Source: Octopus sinensis
Taxonomy: Eukaryota
Assembly (NCBI RefSeq): GCF_006345805.1
Contig: NC_042997.1
Coordinates: forward strand, 37,944,001-38,008,000
Length of the DNA stretch: 64,000 nucleotides
Direction: 5' to 3'
Position numbers and translations under genes: made by a program. The notes beneath the pieces were generated by a model, which ran no database searches, had not been told where the DNA came from, and was given only the letters and a program-made list of their open reading frames with translations. Each line of letters starts with the position of its first letter. The stretch's first letter is position 1. Shown one piece after another: positions 54,446 through 64,000 of this stretch.

Positions 54446-55688
54446 TTGGGTCATCCCATAAATAATGCGGTTTTTCTATACTACCTATATTTTTCAAAAT
54501 TAAGATAAACAAAGTTCTTTTCTAATCTAAAATATAATCTCCTTTATTTTCTATAAAGCTATTCCGTCTGGTAGACTCACAAGGCCCCTCTTCCAAAGTT
54601 CACCTGTTCGTGACGAAAAATACTCCTCCAGTACTCTTCTCACCTTGTTTACAGAATTCATATATTTTGCATCCCAATGATTTTGAAGACTGCGGAATAA
54701 ATGATAACCTTAAGGGGCTATATCCGGTGAATATTGTGGGTGGGGCATCATTTCCCATTGAAACTGCTCCAGCTTTTGGAATGTCATCCTTGCTCTATAT
54801 GGTCGAGCATTATCGTGATGGAAGAACACATTTCGTCTTGAAACCAAAGATGGTCGTTTTTCATCTAGCGCTGACTGAAGCCACACAAGCTGCTCGCAGA
54901 TCTCCTTTGTTATCGTTTGGTTTGGTTTTAAAATTTATGGACTAAACATTTCATATCCCATCAAATAGATAACAACTCTTTGCGTGGTTGAAGGCCTTCT
55001 TTAGCCTAGGGTGCCGATATTTCTCCTTTCCCTACCCACTGTTTTCGGCGCTTGATATTTTAATAGAGAACCCATTTCTGCTTACAAGTCACTATTCTGT
55101 CCAGAAGAAAATTCATTCTTGAGACGTGACAGCTAAAAAGAGCACACATTCACTCCCTGTGCGCGATTAGCCTCGGAAAATTTGTGAGGAATCTATTGAC
55201 CCAATTTGCTGACTTTTCCGATGGCAGGCAGACGTCGATGAATGGTCGAATGACCAAATCCAAGCTTCTGTTCTAGTTCCTCAACGGTTACGATTGGATT
55301 TTGTTCCACCTAGGTTTGCAGCACGTCCTCGTCGAGCTCTACAGATATTCCAGGTCGAGGCTCGTCTTATAGGCTGTAGTTTCTGGCTCGGAATTTCTGG
55401 AACGACCGTTGACATTGGCTTACGCTTAGAGTCCGATCCTTATATACTAAATTAATATTCTTTGCACTTTCCCTTGCGTTGTTACCTTTATTGAACTCAT
55501 AAATCAAAATATACAGAATATGTTCCGTTGTCACTTCCATTATAGCTTTGCAAAATAATTGTTCATATCATGCTGCACTCCTCAAAACTTGCTTTTATAG
55601 CAAGGTGAAGTAGGTAATTTATTCCGTCCCCCTCTGAGTTTTACATCATGCAATTGAAAAAATACGCATTGTTTATGGGTTGACCCAA
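54446..55688 (-). mobile_element. Full-length degenerate mariner (Tc1/mariner) DNA transposon, ~1.24 kb
   Basis: TIRs TTGGGTCATCCCATAAATAATGCG / TTGGGTCAACCCATAAACAATGCG; TA at the left junction. Confidence 0.92.
54522..55540 (-). pseudogene. Mariner transposase with stops and frameshifts
   Basis: MEVTTEHI..YEFNKGNNA..FQKFRA..DEPRPG; LDRIVTCKQKWVLY; FHHDNARPY; PHPQYSPDIAP*GYHLFRSLQNHL. Confidence 0.92.
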
Positions 55689-55947
55689 GATATATGTGTG
55701 CTTGTGTGTGTCTGTAATTGAAACTATTAGGTGAAAATCACTCGGTTCTTGGAGCTTTGCCTAAATAATATGTATCCACTGTGCAAATTCATTCGCTTTG
55801 AATTTAAAAGGAATTAATTGCTTCAAATGTCGCTATTATTTTCTAAATTAGATTTATTTAAAACAAAATTGCTTTATATAAGCATTCAATTATCAAAAAC
55901 ATTTTAATAGAATATTTTCCCAAGTTTTGAAATAATATAAACATTTA

Positions 55948-55986
<39 letters not shown>

Positions 55987-56120
55987 AATTTGATTACACA
56001 CCAAAGCTAACGGCATAAAGATCGGGTAGAATTTGCCTTAGGGTTCTGTGTTACACATTGCTTTTATATTCATATTAAAACACATAAGACACATGTATGT
56101 ATGTCAGTGTTCTTAAGCAA

Positions 56121-56168
<48 letters not shown>

Positions 56169-56489
56169 GTGTTTATGCATGTATATATATATATATGTAT
56201 ACGTGCGTTTGTGTGTGTGTGTGTGTATGTGTAGAAGGTTGAAAAGGAATACACGATTTGATATGTATAAGGAAAATGTATCAAGATAGGAAATGCTAAA
56301 ATAATTTTATCCTAAAAACTTTTTAGTACCAGTTTCAATCCTTGAGACTTTTTCAATTCTAAGTATGAAAAGCAATTAAATTTTGGAAAACTTAAATGAC
56401 TAGTTTTTAAAAGAGTATTTGCATAGTATTCAAATACAAGGGGCATTTTCCTTGTTTCTGCCTGTCTCTGTCTATAGAGAGACTCTCAT

Positions 56490-57086
56490 ATCATTATCCT
56501 TCTCCTCTCCACCTTCGCCCGTCCTCATCTTGAATACTGTTCGTGGTCTCCTTACCTGAAACAGAACATTGCCAGAATTGAAGCAACCCAAGGAAAATAC
56601 ACGGCATGACAAGTCTTGGTTAACGGAAACGTTAACGGAATCGTTTCGAGAAACACAAACGTCATTACCACCTACTTCACCGCGAGCACTATATCATTTG
56701 CACGATGAGAAAAATATTCCAACAGCACTACACAAATGATGTTGGCATCTTCTTTAAAATTCTCCGGGGCTTCTTCTCCTTGCTATCGTTCTTTTACAAA
56801 AGTCATAATCACATTATACCACAACACTAAGAGAAACCTATTTGACCACAATTAGTCCTGCTCTATTTAACATTATACCAAGACAGATAAGAGGAGAAAA
56901 AGTTCTCTTCATATTTAAACGATTCCAGGACGAATATCTTCAAGGAAATCTTCACAAACTACTTACATCCAGATACATCTCTGAAAACAATATCTCTTTA
57001 ATCGAATGATCAATCGTACCCAAAGCATGACTAATGTGGACAGTCTCTGAATGTCTTTTCAAGCTGGGCTATTAACTAGGCATGAC

Positions 57087-57088
<2 letters not shown>
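56490..57088 (+). mobile_element. CR1-type LINE 3' fragment, related to 43800-44340
   Basis: LLSTFARPHLEYCS..WSPYLKQNIARIEATQ; collinear with 43860-44280. Confidence 0.7.
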
Positions 57089-57155
<67 letters not shown>

Positions 57156-57160
57156 ATATA

Positions 57161-57326
57161 TAGCGCAGGTGTGGTTGTGTAGTAAGTAACTTGCTTAACG
57201 TCCAGATGGCTCCGGGTTCAGTACCACTGCGTGGCACCTTGGGCAAGTGTTTTCTATTATATCCTCGGGTCGACCAAAGCCTTGTGAGTGGATTTGGTAG
57301 ACGGAAACTGAAATAAGCCCGTCGTA

Positions 57327-57404
<78 letters not shown>

Positions 57405-57585
57405 TTGTGTGTGTGTTTGCGTGTGTTTGTCCCTACCATCGCTTGACAGCTGATGTTGGTGTGGTTACGTCCTCTAAACTAGCTGTTCGGCAAAAGAGCC
57501 CGATAGAATAAGTACTAGGCTTACAAAGAATATGTCCTGAGGTCGATTAGTGCGACTATATGACTGAAACAATTAAAAGAGTAAA
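57161..57585 (+). mobile_element. SINE family C with internal (TA)n(GT)n, flanked by (TA)n
   Basis: Collinear with the reverse complement of 50010-50410. Confidence 0.85.
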
Positions 57586-60500
57586 TGATTATATATATAT
57601 ATATATATATACATATATTGTCGGTTTTCAACCGTTTTATATGTATTACGCTAAGCTTGGTGGTGAAGCTTTATGGTTGTAATATTAATCCAATATAAAG
57701 GCTTATGTTCGCGACACATTTTTTTAATAGATTGTTGATGGGATGAAGAGAAATAAAACTTCATTATAATTAGTGTTGTTAGTATATTGAATTGCAGTTA
57801 ATTTTTCTAGGAGGGGGAGTTTACAAGGGATTAAAATAAAGCAAGGAATCTATGAGTTCTAATTTCGCAGATGCAGTCGACTTTATTATGTTGTCATGTG
57901 GGGTATATTTGACGTGAGAAGTAAGGAGTTGGTTTTATCTACTACTATTTGTAATCATGAACCATTTAAATAATAAAGGCAACAGAGAGGTCGGATAGCT
58001 TTGCGGCTTGATTTTATATGTCACGTGGAAACATATGTTAAAACATATCGTAAATCATGTTAAAGTAAACAAGTTATTTAATTTAAAACATGCACCGACA
58101 TGGATTTTTTAACTGATAATATATGTGAAATGTTTTAAACTTCCATAAAATCTAACATTTAGGTCTTCTGCCTTGATATAATTGCTTAAATGTTTCCAAA
58201 CTTATAACAAACAAAACCCCAATAACTCAACGCTAAGTGTAATGAAGGAAAGTCAATGATCTAAACTAGAATTTAGTGTTTCCTTGTCTTCTAGATCCTT
58301 TTGTCTGCCATATTATATCTTCCTATTTCTTCATCCTTTTATTTGTCTACATTTAGTCTTCTTCTCTCCTTGTTCCCTCTTCACTTCGATTCCCTACACA
58401 CGTCTATTGAATACACTTATTTGTAATTTAATATATAATAACAATCTAGGCTTCTTAAAATTAATAAGCTAGTATGGCTACCTGATACTTAGAAAGTGAT
58501 TATGGTGACGTGAAGAGAATTAGTGACATTATAAACATTAGCTGTATGAAAAGCATAATGAAGAGATAGGTAATCCTAGAAGATACATAATGAGAATTCA
58601 GTACTGATAATTAAATATGATGATTAAAATTTAAATTCAAATTTAAAATTAAAAACTTAAGTAAAATAACGTGAAAGAGAATTATTTAAGGAAAAGAGCT
58701 AGAAAACTTTAAAGTTGACGATTCGCAGGCGTGTAATGCTATGTGTGTACCAAATAAAACATGAACATAAGAGATGCTATGCCTGAGGAATGTAAGACGG
58801 ATTTCTATGTGAAGGATTTCTATATATAGAAATGCAAAAAGTTATACAAAATATACTGATATATATATGGATATAAATATATAGACAAGTGTGTTTGTGA
58901 GTGTGTGTGTGTGTGTGTGTGTGTTCAAAGGATAATATACCAACGAAACTATGTAATACAAGGTAATGCATCCGGTTGTGCTGCACTGTATTGGTAAGAA
59001 GGGGTAAAATATCAGTAATTGGGAAATCATATGACGGAAGATCACAGCTATAGTATGTTGCAGTGGCACAGCTTTGAACTTTGAATAGAAGCTTCTGTAG
59101 AAATTGTTATGGCTGTCAACAATATCAATTTGCGTATGACTGAAGCACGTAAAGTGTCTTTCGTTACTTGCCCACTGCAACATACAACCTCAGACCTGAC
59201 AATCTCATGTAAGCTGAATACCCCAAAATAATTTTCAATAACTTTTACTTTAACTGACCTTTAATGTTTCCATATACTTTTCACTGGCGTCAGAGAGAAA
59301 ACGTTTCACTACCATGAGCCGTTATAGTCTGAATGTTATACTTTCATCTATTAATTCAACTTCGGAGGTTGTCTTATATCTAGTTCCATTAATATTATTT
59401 GAAATCCCCCTGTATATAAACTGTGAGCTATTGTACTATTGATATTCCCCTACGTATTGAAAATGAAATCCCCCTCTACAATTCCTTACTTATTATCTCT
59501 CTTATCTTTGTGTTCTTCTCTAATTTATTGCAATTTACACTTATTAGCACACTTAATTACCGTTACCTAACTTCCTTTTGTCTTTTATCATCTTTGTTTA
59601 ACACTAAGTTAACTTTCTCCTTTCCCGATTTCGACTTCTCATTTTCATTTTCAATTCTAGCCTCTAATTTATTAGCCTTCATTTTAAATTGTATCACTCA
59701 ATCATTAATAAGGTATCCTCACACTATCAACAGCCCAGATATCATTTGCTCTGGACGCATTTTAAAAGATTCAGCATTAGATGAAAAGTGAATTTAGCAA
59801 TTAGTTATTGTGCTTTTATGACTTATGATTCAGATTAACACACGGGTTCAGATCATATAGGCGTAGGGTTTATCAGTAAGAAAGAAAATAATTAATATTA
59901 GAAAAAATGAATTTGTTTTCAGAGGAGTGTTTTGTGCAGAGTTAGCTTCAGTCTCTTCTACCACCCCCAGCAATTGAATCGCATCTACTAGTACCGTGTA
60001 TTATGTGGTAGCGAGAAAAGAACATAAGCTAGAAAATTTAAGACAAAATCTAAACAAAGGGATATTCACTTTCAAAGTACATCATACGTGAAGTTTTGTT
60101 GTTTATCTTATAACACCAAACATACATTTAACATATATCTAACACCTACGGATATCCTATACAAATCGGAGGATAGTAAAATAAGATACATATCTACAAT
60201 ATGATACATGAAGTCATGACTAAGGTTTAAAGTTTTGAAATGTTTTACTTTTTCCGTGATGTTATATGAAATAGTAGTATTATGCTGGAAATATTTAAAT
60301 GTGATCGCGAAAACTTAGTTGTTTGGCAGTGCCCGACCGTATGTTGGGCTCATTTATCTATTTGACAGGACTTGCTGTTTTGCTGGGTTTTTCACATACT
60401 CAGAATACTAGGCTGGAGGGTGCAGGTTTAGTTGCCCCCAGACTCACCGTGTAACTTGTAATATTTTACAACAGATTTTATCCAAAAACGACAAAAAAAT

Positions 60501-62862
60501 TAGATGAATTTTTAAAACAGTTATTTTCTAGTTATTTGTCATCATGTTGTAAAACCATAATTTTCAAAAATGGTTTTTACTTTCCATTTACAGCTCTACC
60601 TTTTGCAAAATTGAAAAGGCTCGATTGTGTTCTGGAAAAAAGAAACATTTTTTTAAATAATTTGATCCTGAAAGTCAGGTAGAATTGATATCTCGTAGAA
60701 AAGAAGAACATGATATTTACACATAACTCTTCTTAATCTTAGTGATCTCATTTACTATATTAGGATTAGCGGCTCTTTCATCAAACTCTTCTGATCTAAA
60801 TTTATGTCATTTTCACTGTCTGCTCTTCTATAGAATATAGATACACCGAGTGGTATCTACCACCCTCGGATTTATTCCAAAGCGCACTGTGTCGTCTGCT
60901 CTATGACATTCAAGTGTTCTTCCACAGTCAGTGCTATGTATGGAGGCCTTCCCTAGATGCCCACAACGAATTCGGTGCATAAACGAAACACACACCCCCT
61001 GTGTATGCGATGGATAATGTTTATATTACTAGAGATTCTTTTTATTTATAATTTAATTGACTTCCACACCTGCTACATGTAGTAGTTTTCATACAACTTT
61101 CATATAAATCATAGGCCAGGGATTTTATTCGTTTCAGAATTCTTCGATTGACAATAATAGCGAAATATCACATTTCCATTCATTCTAAGGCGAGTTGTCT
61201 CACCTATACTATGATACACAGGTGATTTTTAGCACTCATCGTTATGTAGGGAGCATTCCCCAGACGCCAACCTTCAGCAAATTCAATATGCAAACAAAAC
61301 ACATACTATGTGTATGTGCGCTAGATAATGTTTACTTTAAGAGGGTTGCTTATAATTCGCAATTTAATAAGGGTAAATTTTTTTAACGTAATATCTCAGG
61401 TTGCATCGATTCTAGCCACAAACTTGAGAAATGAACTTTTGTTTTTTATATGTGATAGCATTATTAGTAAATGAGAGTTGTATTTTTTTTAATTTCGACT
61501 TTTACATTTAAATTAGTTCCTTTCAATTATGATATTGCTATGACGGTACTAGTGATAATTTCTAATTTAGGCACTAGAAATTTGGAAGTAAGGTACAGTC
61601 GTCTGCATCAACCTTAGTGATGAGGTTTGCTGTGTTTTAAAGAACCTAGATGAATTAAGACAACGTTGACCATGTTGCAGTAAGAACTTTAAGAATATTT
61701 TAACAAAGTTCGAACAACTGTACTTCTTCACCATCTTAAACGGTCACCAATACGCATTAGCAGATTCTCATGATTAAAAAATATATAAGTATAAATCGCA
61801 TCTACGAAACAACGAAAGCAAAGTACATGCAAAATCCACGTAATTTGTGGTGTCAAAATATTGATAATTGTACTTTTCTACAAAGCGAGCTATCAAAATT
61901 GTTAGTAAGCCAAATGAATGAGTCCATTCGTCTTTACGTCTTAAGCTCATATTCCGTCGATGTTGACTTTGACTTGCATCCTTTCAGGGTCAATAACATA
62001 AGTAATTGACCAACCCGTGTCCCCACGGAATTCCAGGCCTTGTGCCTATAGTGGTAAGGATGGTTTAACGGGATAATAACAGCTCTAATCATAGTATAGA
62101 TGAGGTTTCGGAAAGTAAGTTAGGAACCGCTATTTCCAAAATACCCACAGAACATACATGCGTGGGTTTGTATTCTAAATAATAAATATCGCAAAATTGT
62201 TTCAAAAGTATAGTTTATATATTTTTATATTTTTTTATTTCCTAATTTACTATAAAATGCATATAAAATTTAATAGGTATTATAAATTCTAAAGTTAATC
62301 TACGCCAAATCAATATTATCAATATTTGCAAAATGTTGCTATATTAAATGAAAGATATATGATGGCTGTTTTCCTTAAATGTTTGTACATAAGTTTTAAA
62401 ATGCAGTTATATAGTTAGTGAAATCAGTATTTCGAAGTAAATTTAAAAAGCTATAATGATAATAGCATATACTAATGTTTTATATGCAAACTAATTACGT
62501 CACACAAAATAGAAGGAATCAAATGCTACAAGGATAAAATAGAATTCAAAACAGAAAAAATTTGCAGATGTAAAACGAGTATATATTAAGTTTTGTAAAC
62601 TGTTACAAGGTATAAATTACCATTAATATGGCAAGCTTAGAATTTAAAAAAAAAAAACACATAGAACATAATGGAATGCTTTGCTGAGAATAAAAAATAC
62701 TTAAGAATTTGAAATTTATATAGGATTAATTTGATAGTGAGAGAAAATTCGTCTTTGAAATATTTTATTGGTCCAGTTGTGCAGCAACATATCAAGCGCA
62801 ATAAAGAGTTTATTGAGTAAACATTTAACAAACTTAAATGAGTACTGATGTAATTTATATGC

Positions 62863-62894
<32 letters not shown>

Positions 62895-63011
62895 TTAGAG
62901 ACAAAACCACTATTTTGTAAATCAAACAAGGAAAGACTTAATCAATACATAAAAAATTTTAATATAAAGTAAATAAATCGCCACTACAATTGTTTCCTGT
63001 CTTATATATAT

Positions 63012-63305
63012 GTGGAGGCGCAATGGCCCAGTGGTTAGGGCAGCGGACTCGCGGTCGGAGGATCGCAGTTTCGATTCCCAGACCGGGCGTTGTGTGTGTT
63101 TATTGAGCGAAAACACCTAAAAGCTCCACGATGCTCCGGCAGGGGGTGGTGATCCCTGCTGTACTCTTTCACCACTCTTTCTCCCACTTTCTTCTGTTGG
63201 CCTGCTCGCTTAGCTAGCGGGGTGGCGTCGATCGAAGGCTAAAACAAAGCGAACGCATTGTGACCAGCGATGTGTAGCAACATCTGATGGTCTGGTCGGT
63301 CACGT
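63012..63305 (+). mobile_element. SINE family A head with tail type 3
   Basis: TGGCCCAGTGG A-box and GTTTCGATTCC B-box; ~170 bp shared with 1074-1250, then an unrelated 3' sequence. Confidence 0.8.
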
Positions 63306-63346
<41 letters not shown>

Positions 63347-64000
63347 AGAGGTGCGTGTGTGTATGCGTGTATATGTAGACGGATGTGTATATGTATGTAT
63401 AGACCCATATGTATATATTCATTTTTATATATCTATATATAAATAGTTACATGTATACTCATACCTATATACACATACTCACACACAAAAACATATGCAA
63501 ATCATATATATATATATGAACATTTATATTATTATTAATGGATCTACTAAAGAATTTAGAGCATTTCCATTAACCATAACTGAAGTGTTAGCATATTGAA
63601 TTCTCATAGGAAAAGTAGTTATTACTTCGCTTGAAGATTTTAATGGATAAGATATTGGTTGTGTATAGAAAGATGATTTGGGCGAAATAGAATTGAAAAA
63701 CAAGTGTTTTGCAAATTATTATTTTTTTTGAAAACCTTTTTTTTTCTGCAGTATTTGTTACTACCCAGTCATGTAAAAATCTACCTTCTGTTGGACTAAC
63801 CGTTACCACACTATAATTTTTTCTTGCATTCTCCTTGTTTATTATTATCTCTAGGCTACGAAACTGTCACATGCAAAGAAGTGTAAGATATATTTTTTTT
63901 AATACACAGGAATATTGGTTGTAAGAGTAAGAATTCTCTACACAAATGACTGCACAACAATGTTTATCAATATTCGCTTATGTGTAACCTACTTTGAATG

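Noticed and set aside
60369-60424. AG/GT-bounded short open frame (GLAVLLGFSHTQNTRLEGA)
   Set aside because: Expected by chance at this length; no partner exon identified

Overview
AT-rich eukaryotic (animal) genomic DNA, saturated with microsatellites [(TA)n, (CATA)n, (GATA)n, (TAA)n, (CA)n] and tRNA-derived SINEs. The repeat landscape resembles an octopus/coleoid cephalopod genome; this is my inference from the SINE families and microsatellite density, not a database match. No host gene could be identified with confidence, and nearly all short ORFs in the track are microsatellite translations. The main feature is a near-full-length L1/Tx1-clade non-LTR retrotransposon on the minus strand (26562-32728): CCHC-knuckle ORF1, and ORF2 with APE, RT and a C-terminal zinc finger. 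Two 5'-truncated copies of the same family lie next to it, and all three are joined directly to (TATC)n/(GATA)n, which suggests a GATA-microsatellite-specific Tx1 family. Also present: R4/Dong-clade RLE-LINE fragments in (TAA)n; fold-back Penelope-like terminal fragments with minimal hammerhead-ribozyme motifs at (TA)n; a full-length degenerate mariner; CR1-type LINE remnants; modular SINEs; and a TSD-flanked inverted copy of a locus 5 kb away inserted inside a SINE. Boundaries were read by eye and are approximate unless a junction sequence is quoted.
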